From contig JBHGNT010000001.1 in the NCBI GenBank assembly GCA_043228905.1, positions 24,676,001 to 24,740,000 on the forward strand: 64,000 bases of DNA. The letters run 5' to 3'. The position numbers and the translations under genes are program-made. The stretch comes from Azolla caroliniana (lineage: Eukaryota; Plantae; Polypodiophyta). Positions 48,811-61,120 of the stretch are shown in pieces; positions within the stretch are counted from its first letter, which is position 1; each line of letters begins with the position of its first letter. The notes beneath the pieces are model-generated. The model worked only from the letters and a program-made list of their open reading frames with translations. It had not been told where the DNA came from and searched no databases.

Positions 48811-49751
48811 TTTGTCTAGTGTCAAATACACGAGGTTTCCTATTATAGTTGGCATAAAAATGTGCTCTATCTTGAATTGTTTATATATTGTCTCGTGCAA
48901 TATGCAACATATGTTCCATATCCCTTCAAAAGTTTTGTGTACTTCTCATGATGTATATTAACATCAACCAGGCTTGGTGGTGGAAAGCCATATATCAACA
49001 TAAAGGGACTATATCCTTGGAACTATTATAAGCAAACTCCAAAATTGGGATATAATGTTTCCATTTTGGTGGCTTCGCAGTAAGGTAAATTCTAACTTCT
49101 TAAGACTTGCTTCCAAAAGTCACTAGCAAACTTTGAATCTTGATCACTCACTATATCTATTGGTAACCCATAAAAAGGAAATAACTCATCGATGAATTGG
49201 TAAGCCCATTTAGAAGTGGTACTATGGTTTTTGTGGCAACCTGGCCATTTTAGTTAGTTTGACAACTACAAGCCAAATGACATTATGGATTTTGGGTGTG
49301 GAACGCTTCCATAGCTATACTTTCCCATTTATTGTTGGGAATGTCCAAGGGATGTAAAAGTCCAACGGGTCGCTCGACTTTGTTAACTTGACATTGATGA
49401 CATTTAGTCACATAATTATGTATGTCATGACATAACTTAGACCAATAGAAGTGAGTGGAGATGAGAACGAGTGTGCGATGTATTCCAGGGTGCTGTACGG
49501 AGGATGCATCGTGGCATTAAAAAAGGATTCTCTTTTTGACCTCAGGAAAATCTGGAATACAAACCTTCTCATTACAATTGAGGAGACCGTTAGTAATGTG
49601 GAAGGATTCCTTCGAGGGTGTGGTGATATATGTTCAACACTCAACTCTTGCCTAGTGTTTTGCAAAATAATTGTCATCTGGATACTTACCTCGAAGGGCG
49701 ATCATAAAGATATGATGTTATTTTAGTGAAGCTAAGCATGTTAAATTCACG
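48811..49751 (-). pseudogene. Decayed RH-integrase fragment of the same chromovirus family
   Basis: Collinear, with deletions, with 53580-54655. Confidence 0.85.
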
Positions 49752-49756
49752 CCTCC

Positions 49757-49856
49757 TTACCGGTTCGTCCTTCATCCGGTTCTCACCGGTTCTCCTTACC
49801 CCATCCGGAGGGACCAAAATGCAATTTTCACGTAGTGTGCGAATTACACTACGACA
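49757..49856 (-). mobile_element. U3-end fragment of a TGTCGTAGTG-type LTR
   Basis: TTTCACGTAGTGTGCGAATTACACTACGACA matches the 17864-17894 terminus. Confidence 0.6.
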
Positions 49857-51689
49857 ACTTAAGCATTGGCGGGAGTCGGTATTTCGTCTCTTTCATCGAT
49901 GATTTCAGTCAACATACTTGGATCTATTTGATCGAGAAGAAGAGCAAAGTCTTCTCATGCTTCCGGAACTTAAAGAATCATGTAGAGCGAGAACTGGAAG
50001 GAAGATTAAGTGTTTGAGATCGGATGGTGGAAAACAATACTTTTCCGGCCAGTTCACTAGTTATTTGCAGACCAAGGGAATTCGTCGAGAGTTCTCATGC
50101 AGATACACGTCGAAGCAGAACGGTGTGGCCGAACATCAGAATCGGACGTTGGTAGAAGCAGCAAGGGCGATGCTAGAAGAGAAGCAATTCAGCCAGCCGT
50201 CTACATACAGAATCGGATATCTGCCCTCAGGGACCAAGGTGTCGCCGCACGCGCTGTATTTCGAGTGAAAGCCGAATTTGGTGCACCTTCGGGTATTCGA
50301 CAACATTGCGTATGTGCATGTGCCAGATGAAAAGCGGAAGAAATTGATATACTTTGGAGCACAACAGTGTGGCCAAACATCAGAATCAGACGTTGGTAGA
50401 AGCAACATGGGCGATGCTAGAAGAGAAGCAAAATTGGCTAGTCGTCTACATATAGAATCATATATCTACCCTCAAGGGCGAAGGTGTCACCGCACGAACT
50501 GTATTTCGAGTGGAAGCCGAATTTGGCGCACCTTCAGGTATTTGGCAGCATTGCATATGTGCATGTTCCAGATGAAAAGCGGAAGAAACTGGATGCAAAA
50601 TCCGAGAATTGCATCCTGGTTGGCTACTCTAACGAGTAGAAGGTGTATAAGTGCTACAACCCCAATTTGAAGCATGTCCGAGTTAGCCGTGATGTCTTCT
50701 TCGACGAATCAACATCTTGGTACCTCGCATCACCCAAATCCGAGCCGATTACTGCGGATGGGATGATAGGATAATCCGACTTCCCTCTGGATCAGTGGAC
50801 CGAATCCGGATTGGTAGAGCCGGAGCGGTCAACCAGAGGACGAGCCGACGAGTGGCGAAGACTCGACTGTGCTCTCCCCGCGCAAGGAACCAAGGAGAGG
50901 ATTCCCAAGCAAAGAGAATGGGAAGAACAAGATGCCAGAATATGACACCGGTAGGGAAGAGTCGGATCGGAGCAACTTCGGAAAGTAAGAAGACGGACCT
51001 CCGAAGAAGAGGTCGGAGTCAGCCAAGAGGGGCAGAGCAGAAATTGCGCCGATCTACCCGCCAGAAACACCCCATAGTTAGGTACAGATATAACGAGTAT
51101 GGTGCATCATTATGCGTACATGGCAAAGGTGGCAACCGTGCGTGAGCCGGAGAGGTATGTAGAAGTAGCTAAGGATCTGAAATGGTAGAAGGCCATAGAG
51201 GAAGAGATGCGCACGCTCATGGAAAATGAGACATGGGACTTGGTGGACATACCAAAAGGAGTGGAGCGGATTGGTTGTCCGTGAGTATACAAAGTCAAAT
51301 ACAACACCGACTGCTCCGTCAACCGGTACAAGACCTGGTTAGTGGCAAAGGGCTATGCGGAGGAGCACGACATCGACTACGATGAGACGTTTGCACTGGT
51401 CGCAAAGATGACGACCGACCGCGTCTTGCTTGTGGTGGCAACGACAAAGGGGTGGTTGTCCGCACTTGGTGTGTCCGTGACAATTTGTTCACCTTCCAAC
51501 TAGAAGCATCACCCGTCTCCGTCAATAGCCTTGCGTCTAGAGTTACCATCATCACTGTACCATCATCAACATCGCTTCATTTCCTATCTACCTCGCCATT
51601 TCTATCTCCTAGTTTCTGCTCATAAATTTCATTCGCTTTTAGTTCTCCTCATCATTGTCTCTATTTTTTAGTTTCTTTCTCATTCGTGT

Positions 51690-52670
51690 TTGTGTTCTAG
51701 TTCCTGGTGAGGACCGCACAAGGCCGCTCACTCCCGTTGGTGTTTGTGTTCCAGTTCCCGGTGAGGGCTGCACAAGGCCACTCACTCCCGTTGGTGTTCG
51801 TGTTCGTGTTCCAGGTGAGGGCCGCACAAGGTCGCTCACTCCTGTTGGTGTTCGTGTTCCAGTTCCCGGTGAGGGCCGCACAAGGCCGCTCACTCCCTTT
51901 GGTGTTCGTGTTCTAGTTCCCAGTGAGGTCCACACAAGGCCGCTCACTCCCGTTGGTGTTCGTGTTCCAGTTCCCGGTGAGGGCCTCATGGTCGCTCACG
52001 CCTGTTCCCGGTGAGGGCCGCATGGTCGCTCACACCCATTCGTGTTCCTGTTCCCGGTGAGGGCCGCACATGGCCGCTCACTCCCGTTCGTGTTCCTGTT
52101 TCCGGTGAGGGCCGCATGGTCGCTCACTCCCATTCGTGTTGCAGTCTTCGGTGAGGACCGCACATGGTCGCTCACTCCAGTTATTTTTCATGTTCCACAT
52201 CCTGACGAGGACCGACATGGTCTCTCATGCCCATTGCGATTCATGTTCTAGTTCTCGGTGAGGACCACACATGGTCTCTCACACACGTTGGTGTTCGTGT
52301 TCCAACTCTTGGCGAGGACCGACATGGTCTCTCATGCCCGTTGGTGTTCGTGTTCCAGTCTCCGGTGAGGACCACACATGGTCGCTCACTCCAACTATTG
52401 TTCGTGTTCGAGATCCCGGTGAGGACCGACATGGTCGCTCATGCCCGTTGTTGTTCATGTTCCAGTTCCCGGTGAGGACCACACATCGTCGATTATTCCC
52501 GTTCGTGTTCTTGTTCTTGGTGAGGGCCACATGGTCACTCACTCGTTCGTGTTCCAATTCTCGGTGAGGACAACATGGTTGCTCACGCCCATTGGTGTTC
52601 GTGTTCCAACTCTCAGCGAGGACCATTCCAGTTCCCGGCAAGGACCACACATGGTCACTCATGCCCCTTG
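51690..52670 (+). repeat. Degenerate ~54-bp tandem repeats (continue at 59729-59830)
   Basis: Unit GTTCCCGGTGAGGGCCGCACAAGGCCGCTCACTCCCGTTGGTGTTCGTGTTCCA, giving the 18-aa periodicity seen in the ORF track. Confidence 0.9.
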
Positions 52671-52675
52671 GTGTT

Positions 52676-53140
52676 TATTAGAGATTAGGTACTAAAGTAA
52701 GCATAAAATAAGGATATATCAATGATAGATCTAGAAAGAATAGAGAGAAAAGAGAGAAAGAAGGGTGCCGATCCACCCGACCACCCCCGAGCGAAGGGAT
52801 CGAGACGGACTCGAGCCTCGATCGGCGTCCCATACCACCGCCTTGGCGTCGAGTCGTACCTGGACGATAGCGCGCTTGCTACAAGAGTCGTTCCACTCAC
52901 GGACAGAGTCTCGACGTAGTCAATGCATGCCCAAATGAGGGTAGCTAGGCCTCTTATTTATAGTAATTCTCAAGGCCCCCAGCCATGTTCACACTTGGCC
53001 TCATGGGTTGTCTCAATCCCGAGGATTAAAAGTAATCCTCCCCTTCTTTACACTCTTTGTTTAACCCTCACACTTATCCACGTGTATAGAATACTACGAC
53101 AATTCTCACCACGGGATATTATATGGTCATGCCCGTAACA
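52676..53140 (-). repeat. 3' LTR of chromovirus copy B
   Basis: Near-identical to 59259-59723. Confidence 0.97.
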
Positions 53141-56100
53141 TACTCCCCCTCTTTAAAACATTGCACTCTTGCAATGGAAAGTTAGGGAAGTTAGTTCTTA
53201 GAGTCGTTTCGCGTTCCCATGTGGCATCTTTGATTGATTTATCCATCCATTTTATTTTAAATTCTCGGATTTCCTTAGCACGTAATTTTTTTGTTTTAAC
53301 ATCGAGAATTCTTTGTGGTACATGTGGTTTAGAAGATAAATCTTCAGAAGTAACCAGAGTTTCAGTTGTAACTGTATTGTCGCCAGAACCTAGAAGTTCT
53401 TTTAGACGACTTACATGAAAGACTGGATGGATTCCAACACCATCGGGAAGAGCGAGACGATAGGCTGATGATCCAATGCGTTTGAGGACTGTAAAAGGTC
53501 CACAAAACCGTGGGGCTAACTTAGCGCACTTACCCGTAGACAATGTCTTAGAATTGTGAGGTACACGTAAAAATACCTTCTGTCCAGGGCTGAATACACG
53601 AGGTTGCCTGTGATGATCGGCATAAAAACGCTCTCTATCTTGAGCTGTTTTTATATTATCCCGTGCAATATGCAACATATCTTGCATATCCCGAAGAAAG
53701 TTTTGCGTACTTCGCAACTCATCATGATGTATATTAACATCAATCGGGGCTCGTGGCTGAAATCCATACATCAACATAAAAGGACTATATCCCGTCGACG
53801 TATGCTTGGAGCTGTTATAAACAAACTCCAAAATTGGGAGATAACGTTCCCATTTTGTTGGTTTTGCACCAACGTATGCTCGAAGCATGTCCTCAATAAT
53901 TTGATTTACTCGTTCTGTCTGTCCATCGGATTGAGGATGATCCGTGGAGCTCATGCTCAACGTAGTTTCTAACTTCTTAAAGACTTGCGTCCAGAAGTCA
54001 CTAGTAAACTTCGGATCTCGGTCACTCACGATATCCATCGGTAACCCGTAAAAACGAAATAACTCATCAACGAATTGGTAAGCCAATTCAGGAGCTGTTA
54101 CCGTGGTTTTAGTAGCAATAAATCTGGCCATTTTAGTTAGTCTGTCAACCACAACCCATATGGCATCATGACCTTTTTGGGTGCGAGGAAGGCTAACAAT
54201 AAAATCCATGGATATACTTTCCCACTTATTATTGGGAATGTCCAAGGGATGTAAAAGTCCTGCGGCTTTAAGTCGCTCGGCTTTGTTAACCTGACATTGG
54301 TGACATTTAGTCACATAGCTATGTATGTCAGGACGCATCTTAGGCCAATAAAATTGAGTGGAGATGAGAACGAGTGTACGATGTATTCCAGGGTGCCCTG
54401 CTGAGGGTGCATCATGGCATTCAAAAAGAATTCTCTTTTTGACCTCAGGTAAATCTGGAACACAAACCTTCCCATTACGGTAGAGCAGACCGTTAGCAAT
54501 GTGGAAGTATTCCTTCGAGGGTGTGGTGGTGTCTGTTCCAGACTCGACTCTTGCCCAGTATTTTGCAAAATAATTGTCATCAGGATACTTTCCTCGAAGG
54601 TGATCATAAAGATCTGATGTTATTTCAGTGAAGCTAAGCATGTTAACTTCACGGATGCGACTTAGTGCATCAGCGACAGTATTCATGGAACCTTTACGAT
54701 ATCGTATGGAAAAATCAAAGTCCTGGATGAGATCAGCCCATCGTGCCTTACGACCTTTCAGGTCTTGTTGGTCACAAAAATATTTCAAGGACTCGTGGTC
54801 CGTAGTTACCACAAAGCGATTTCCATAAAGATAATGGCGCCATGTTTTGAGCGCATGTATAACCGCAAATAATTCCTTTTCTTGAACGGTATACCGACAT
54901 TGAGCAGAATCAAGTTTCTTACTCTCGAATGCTATTGGTTTACCATCTTGATACAAGACAACACCTATAGCATAATCGCTTGCGTCGGTTTCAACCTCAA
55001 AAGGTTTTGAAGGATCAGGTAAAAGAAGTGAAGGAGCCTTGCATACCAAGTCCTTGAGTTCCTTAAAGGCGAGGTCTAGTGTAGCATTCCACACAATAGG
55101 TTTTGTAGACTTACGCGTTTGACCTTTTAGAAGATCAGTAAACGGCGTCGTCAATTGTGAGTAATTACGAAGAGATTTTCGCAAAAATCCGACAAAACCA
55201 AGGAATGATCGAACTTCTCGAATATTCCGAAGAGTGGGCCAAAGCTTGATTTTCTCGATGCGAGAAGGATCAATTTCAACTCCTCGTTCGGTTATGAGAT
55301 GTCCAAGATAAGTAATTGATTTCTTGAAGAACTCACATTTTGAGATCTTCGCGTAAAATTGTTTGTCACGCAATATTTGTAAAACAAAGCGGACATGTCT
55401 AGCATGTTCTTGTAATGTACGGCTATAAACTAAAATATCATCTAAGAAGATAACGACAAATTTTCCAAGTTGTTCTCGGAAAATGTCATTCATTTCTTGT
55501 TGAAATGTAGCCGGAGCATTGGTCAAACCAAAAGGCATAACCAAAAACTCATAATGGCCGTAGCGCGTACGAAATGCTGTTTTAGGAACATCGTCCTCAC
55601 TTATTCGTATTTGATGGTAGCCAGTACGGAGATCAAGTTTCGTAAAATACCGAGCTCCCTGGAGACGGTCAATTAGATCGTCAGCCCGGGGCAATGGGTA
55701 CGAATTCTTGATCGTCACTTTATTCAAGCGTCGGTAATTAATACACATACGCCATGTGCCCTCTTTCTTTTTAACCAAGAGAACTGGTGCACCCCATGGA
55801 GATTTACTATAACGTATATAACCCATTCGTAAATAGTCCTTAAGTTGCTTAGCTACCTCATCCTCTTCAGATCGACTTAGGCGATACGGAGGTATACTAA
55901 TGGGTGCAATGCCAGGTACAATATCTATACGATGGTCTATATTACGTTTAGGAGGTAAACCATCGGGTAGTTCACTCGGAAAAACATCACGAAAATCGTT
56001 TACGATTTCATCAAGTTGTTTTTGTTCAAAATATGTTAATTGACCCGAGACATTATCGATATTGTAAACGTGAATGTCCGGATCAAGTACACAATAAAAT

Positions 56101-57560
56101 AACGTAGAACAAGACAACTCGGATATTGATGGACACGAGGTAACAATCGAGAGGGATTGTTTTGTTACACATTGAATAAAATGCGTACAATCGTTGAGTA
56201 CAAAAGAAATGGAATGGCGAACCCAATCAATAAATAAAGAAGAGCTTTTATTATAAAACCAGGGATAACCCAGTATTACATCGGTGGTACTAAGATTCAT
56301 TACATGGAAGTCTACTTCCTCTATATAGGTATCAATAGAAATTCCTAAAGAATGAATCGCCCCGTTGATGTGTTGTACTCTTCCATCAGCCAAGTGCACC
56401 GTGTAGGTGTGATCACTTACGGTGGGTTGGATTCCCCATATCTGTACCAAACGATCATTAACAAAATTGTGTGAGCTTCCCGAATCAAATAAAAATTGTA
56501 CGGGAGATCCATTGATATACCCGTTTGCACGTAGTAAATCATTGGGACCCAATACATAATGAGGGAAAGAACATTGACAATTACTCAAATGATGTGTATA
56601 GACCTGAAGGACATTAGGAATCTGACCTTTATGGTCTGTAGCTTTAGGTTTGGCGTCGTGCTCTTTTCGTTGGAGCTTACGACATTGCTCTTTTGTATGA
56701 CCCTTCTTTTTGCAGAATACGCAAAAAGGATGTTGTCGCTTATAATCGCGATCCATGAATTCGTTGGGTGTCTTGCGTTTCCCAACGAATTGCGACTGCT
56801 TAGTCTCGGGCGCTTCGTTGGGTTTGTTATGGTCCTTCTTCGAAGTGCGTTGATAGCGAAGAACTATCTCAACGGCCTCTTCGAAGGATTTTGGATCCTT
56901 ATCGTGCACTATCCAGTGATAGTCCGAATTGGGGATGCCATTGACAAAACAAGCTATTAACCAATTGTCCCCTTCTAGACCCGATTTTTGGATTTGGGTT
57001 CTAGCATGGTGGACATAGTCTTCTAGCGAGGAAAATTTCCTGCTAGAGAGGTTCATTAAAGCTTGTGCTGCCTCGGTTCGAGAGGGAGGTTGTAGAAATT
57101 GACCCTTGAAAACTGTGACAAAGTCTGTCCAAGTCTCGGGCAATCTCCCCAAAGTTCGGAGCCCACGCCACCAAGCGGCGGCCTTACCCCCTAGTTCTTG
57201 GCCGACATATGCAATCTTCGTACTATCTGGCGTGGGATAGAGCTCAAAATGAGACTCCCATCGGCCCAGCCACGTGCAGATTGCTTCTTCGGTTCTTTCC
57301 TTTTTATCTCCCGTAAATGGCTTTACGACAAATGATGGTTCACCCTGACGCTCATCAGGTATATTAATCTCATTTTGGAGACTAATGACTCGTGCCTCGA
57401 GAGCACTTTGAGATTGCCGAAATTCGGTCAACTGCTGCGCGGTTGAACTAAGGAAATGTTGTACTTGTAAAATATACGCCTCAATGGACATTGTCCCAGG
57501 AGGATTTCCTTGAGGTCTTTCCGCTTGAGCGGAGGGCATCGGGTCGTTATTCTGAGCCAT
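53127..57560 (-). CDS. Chromovirus Gag-Pol polyprotein (GAG-CCHC-PR-RT-RH-INT-chromodomain)
   Basis: Single ORF, open to 57650; likely start MAQNND at 57560, matching copy [39 protein letters not shown]35E, GPF and chromodomain PQRILD...FKIKW...ATWE. The stop lies inside the 3' LTR. Confidence 0.95.
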   Translation of the reverse strand: MAQNNDPMPSAQAERPQGNPPGTMSIEAYILQVQHFLSSTAQQLTEFRQSQSALEARVISLQNEINIPDERQGEPSFVVKPFTGDKKERTEEAICTWLGRWESHFELYPTPDSTKIAYVGQELGGKAAAWWRGLRTLGRLPETWTDFVTVFKGQFLQPPSRTEAAQALMNLSSRKFSSLEDYVHHARTQIQKSGLEGDNWLIACFVNGIPNSDYHWIVHDKDPKSFEEAVEIVLRYQRTSKKDHNKPNEAPETKQSQFVGKRKTPNEFMDRDYKRQHPFCVFCKKKGHTKEQCRKLQRKEHDAKPKATDHKGQIPNVLQVYTHHLSNCQCSFPHYVLGPNDLLRANGYINGSPVQFLFDSGSSHNFVNDRLVQIWGIQPTVSDHTYTVHLADGRVQHINGAIHSLGISIDTYIEEVDFHVMNLSTTDVILGYPWFYNKSSSLFIDWVRHSISFVLNDCTHFIQCVTKQSLSIVTSCPSISELSCSTLFYCVLDPDIHVYNIDNVSGQLTYFEQKQLDEIVNDFRDVFPSELPDGLPPKRNIDHRIDIVPGIAPISIPPYRLSRSEEDEVAKQLKDYLRMGYIRYSKSPWGAPVLLVKKKEGTWRMCINYRRLNKVTIKNSYPLPRADDLIDRLQGARYFTKLDLRTGYHQIRISEDDVPKTAFRTRYGHYEFLVMPFGLTNAPATFQQEMNDIFREQLGKFVVIFLDDILVYSRTLQEHARHVRFVLQILRDKQFYAKISKCEFFKKSITYLGHLITERGVEIDPSRIEKIKLWPTLRNIREVRSFLGFVGFLRKSLRNYSQLTTPFTDLLKGQTRKSTKPIVWNATLDLAFKELKDLVCKAPSLLLPDPSKPFEVETDASDYAIGVVLYQDGKPIAFESKKLDSAQCRYTVQEKELFAVIHALKTWRHYLYGNRFVVTTDHESLKYFCDQQDLKGRKARWADLIQDFDFSIRYRKGSMNTVADALSRIREVNMLSFTEITSDLYDHLRGKYPDDNYFAKYWARVESGTDTTTPSKEYFHIANGLLYRNGKVCVPDLPEVKKRILFECHDAPSAGHPGIHRTLVLISTQFYWPKMRPDIHSYVTKCHQCQVNKAERLKAAGLLHPLDIPNNKWESISMDFIVSLPRTQKGHDAIWVVVDRLTKMARFIATKTTVTAPELAYQFVDELFRFYGLPMDIVSDRDPKFTSDFWTQVFKKLETTLSMSSTDHPQSDGQTERVNQIIEDMLRAYVGAKPTKWERYLPILEFVYNSSKHTSTGYSPFMLMYGFQPRAPIDVNIHHDELRSTQNFLRDMQDMLHIARDNIKTAQDRERFYADHHRQPRVFSPGQKVFLRVPHNSKTLSTGKCAKLAPRFCGPFTVLKRIGSSAYRLALPDGVGIHPVFHVSRLKELLGSGDNTVTTETLVTSEDLSSKPHVPQRILDVKTKKLRAKEIREFKIKWMDKSIKDATWERETTLRTNFPNFPLQECNVLKRGSMLRA

Positions 57561-59258
57561 TGAATGATTATTTCTGGCAAAGAAATAAGATAAGGTCAGA
57601 CAAATAGTCATAACATCTTGTCGTGGTGTAAACATATCATGGGCAAACATTAATCGATATCATGATCTCACGTCAATACCCCTCTAGACGTATGAGATGA
57701 GGTTCAAGATCAGGTTACTATGGTAACACAGAGGTGTTTTAAAAACCATGGGGGTGACAAATGAATGCCTTTCCCTGATCTCTATATCGATTTTTTTCAT
57801 GGCGGCTCCCCGAGGCTCAACCATGTATGTTCGCGTCATGAATAGTTTATACACGAAAAAAATGTTAACAATAACTATGTTTCTGTGCCCACATATGTGG
57901 TTTCGGCTCTTTAAGTCCTATTACGAGGACCCCGAAGTGCACTTAGACCTAAAGTCTAAACATGTATTATAGTCATATGTATCAACGATGTTGTATGGTG
58001 TTGGTCATATTTGAACTCGAGACCTCGAGGACAAATACATTAAACACTTGAGCCAACCAAGTAGATTGCGCGTCTTGAATGTTTAATGTTTGAGGCGTAT
58101 TCGAGATATGCGAGGCATTTGCCCCTATATGTTTTTTTTAAAAGAAACATATAGGTCAAGTGGCCTTATTTCTCCCTCATTTATTACCCACTATGGTTGT
58201 ACGCTACCTACCCTCAAGCCTCGTAAGTACAATGGCATATGCCAAAGTGTAACCTAATGGTCAAGCCGAATGAGCCCTTGTGTCTTCGTAGGCTCATGTG
58301 GCCCATCACATGGTCACGTCATTACGAATGGCGCTCGTAAGAACGAGCTCATGGTGGCATCGTATCCATGTAACGAGGGGAGATGTTGGATACGTGTGTC
58401 ATTAGAGCGACCCTACTTGATGTGGATCAAGCCCGACGTATTCAACATCATTTTGGCTATACGAGGTTCGTTATGTAACGAAAGATCAAAGTGACCAACG
58501 GGAATTTCAACAATAAAAATTGTTGATAAAAGGGATGGTGACAACGCCATTCTCACAAAAATGTGAGGATGGCCACCAAAATCCTCTCCCCAATTAGGAA
58601 AACATTTGATATAAATCACGTAATCTAAAATATACACATATGTCAATATATCACATATATACGATCAGAGACGTATATAAGTGACCACATATGCGTATAC
58701 TAAATGAATCGTTTTTTTTATATAGCCAACAATGATGTATTCGGGATACGTAATCGAGGCATATACCTCTACGCACACGAAACATCCGAAAATAAGGTTA
58801 AGCGTAATTCGCAATTGAGGTATTGACCTCTTACGCATAGTAAATCCAACGCATATCATTTCGAACGAAGCGAGGTATTGACCTCGTACGCGAACGTAAC
58901 ATATGTTCGTGAACGTAATACGCAATTGAGGTAGTAACCTCGTACGCATACGACACTCATCACATATGATTTATATGTCAAACGAGGTATTGACCTCGTG
59001 GACATATGTAAACGTTTAAGATAACCAATTAAATACCACGTCAACATCATTGAATATATGAAAAAAAAACTACATATTAAGTATACACATGTATAGAAGG
59101 GAGAAGAAAAATTAGATAAAAAATTAAGGAAAATTTACCGAAGTTCTTTCGCTAATCCTTGTTTGCATGAAGGCGACCGCACAACGATCAATCGCCATCC
59201 CACGCGAAGACAAAAAGAAAACCAAAAGAAACATTAGTACATAGGCTCTGATACCAAA

Positions 59259-59723
59259 TATTAGAGATTAGGTACTAAAGTAAGCATAAAATAAGGATAT
59301 ATCAATGATAGATCTAGAAAGAATAGAGAGAAAAGAGAGAAAGAAGGGTGCCGATCCACCCGACCACCCCCGAGCGAAGGGATCGAGACGGACTCGAGCC
59401 TCGATCGGCGTCCCATACCACCGCCTTGGCGTCGAGTCGTACCTGGACGATAGCGTGCTTGCTACAAGAGTCGTTCCACTCACGGACAGAGTCTCGACGT
59501 AGTCAATGCATGCCCAAATGAGGGTAGCTAGGCCTCTTATTTATAGTAATTCTCAAGGCCCCCAGCCATGTTCACACTTGGCCTCATGGGTTGTCTCAAT
59601 CCCGAGGATTAAAAGTAATCCTCCCCTTCTTTACACTCTTTGTTTAACCCTCACACTTATCCACGTGTATAGAATACTACGACAATTCTCACCACGGGAT
59701 ATTATATGGTCATGCCCGTAACA
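59259..59723 (-). repeat. 5' LTR of chromovirus copy B
   Basis: Followed on the minus strand by TT and the Met PBS. Confidence 0.97.
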
Positions 59724-61120
59724 GTGTTTATGCTCCCCGTGAGGACCGCACATGATCACTCACACCCGTTGATATTTGTGTTCTAGTCCTAGGTGAGGAC
59801 CACACATGGTCGCTCATGCCCGTTGGTGTTGAATACCTCGTCTTGTGGAAGGGTTCCTCCTTGTCTATGATTTACAAAATACTTTGGAGGTGATCTAAGA
59901 TTTTCATCAACAAGATCCCCTTAAGCCGACAAACGATTTGGGAGGGCATCATTGGAGGGGGGATAATGTCAAGATTCGAACTCTTGAATTAATGTCAAGA
60001 TTCGAACTCTTGACATGACGATGTTATAATCGAGTGTTATGTGTTAACCACACATCTAGCATATAATCATGTGTATACTTCCTCATTGTAGGTTTTAGCT
60101 AGCATCTTGTGCATAATTTCTCCCTTGTATTATTTACACTTGGCACATGCATGCGTACCTACTGCCTACATGCTGTATTGTATCACATGCATGCAACAGG
60201 TATGCATGCCACTTAGTATAAATAGTTGAGTTCACCTTGAAGGAATTCAAGGTGAACAACGCCAGTCATGGACATATCAATCTAGTATTCTCGTTTCGCC
60301 CATCTTCTCTCCTTAATCTTCATCTCTATCTTTATGCTCTTGTGTCATTCCGTCATCGCTCCGTCGTAGTCTCATCATCCGTGCTCCGTCTCATTCCACA
60401 CTTGGTGTGTCCGTGACAGTGGCGTCTACATCAAATGGATGTGAAAAATGCGTTCCTACAAGGTGATCTTGAGGAACAAGTATACATGGTTCAGCCCCCC
60501 GGATTTCAGTCCGGAATGAACACGTCGGTCATTTGCTGATTGAAGATGTCCCTTTACGGACTCAAGCAAGCCCTGCGCACCTGGAACGCGAAAATCACGC
60601 AGCAACTGCGTCAAATGGGGTTTGGCGCGTCATGGTCAGACTCTTCCCTATTCATCTGGCGAGGTTGGAACGGGCCAGTAAGGATTTTGTTTTATGTTGA
60701 TGATTTAGTCATCGCCGTCGACGACCTGGCCAAAATCGATTGCGTCAAGTCTGAACTCGCGACATCATTTGACATGAAGGATCTTGGGGACCTTCATTAC
60801 TTCCTCGGGATTGAAGTGATCCACACCTCGAAAGGCATACTTATCAATCAACGCCAGTATGTGTTGAGTATAATCTTCAAATTCAGTATGATGGAATGCA
60901 AGTCCGTCTCCACTCCTCTGGATAGGAATGTGAAGCTCTGCCCCGACTCCGGAATGGCATGCGACCCCGAAAGGTTCCAACAAATAGTTGTCAGCCTCAT
61001 CTATCTGACCATCACCCGGCCGAACCTCAACTATTCGGACAGACTGATTAGTCAATTTATGCTGCATCCAACCGGGGAGTACCTTCCGACAAATACTCAT
61101 GTACGTTAGCGGAACTAAGG

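Larger units (their letters stand above)
52676..59723 (-). mobile_element. Intact full-length Ty3/gypsy chromovirus, copy B
   Basis: 465-bp LTRs 59259-59723 and 52676-53140 (one mismatch seen), TSD GTGTT on both sides, PBS TGGTATCAGAGC 59245-59256, PPT 53141-53155 and an uninterrupted gag-pol. Confidence 0.97.
51457..60418 (+). mobile_element. Non-coding (LARD/TRIM-like) LTR element with a collapsed 5' LTR and a 54-bp tandem array
   Basis: TSD GTGGT/GTGGC. 3' LTR 59967-60418 (TGTC...GACA) follows PPT GGAGGGGGGATAA. The 5' LTR is reduced to 26 bp (51457-51482), whose last 20 nt match the 3' LTR end. Confidence 0.85.

Noticed and set aside
51690-52670. CRISPR-like array, or a repetitive protein (PVPGEGRTRSLTPVGVRV)n
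   Set aside because: Units are contiguous with no unique spacers, there are no cas genes and the context is eukaryotic. The ORFs are open on both strands only because the unit is 54 bp and GC-rich.
55725-55750. RT motif CINYR instead of CIDYR as an inactivating mutation
   Set aside because: This Asp is not in the catalytic triad (KLDL and FLDD are intact in copy B), and both copies share the change.
57561-57650. 30-aa N-terminal extension of Gag (MFAHDM...)
   Set aside because: Copy A has a stop immediately before the MAKIND start, so the extension is not conserved.
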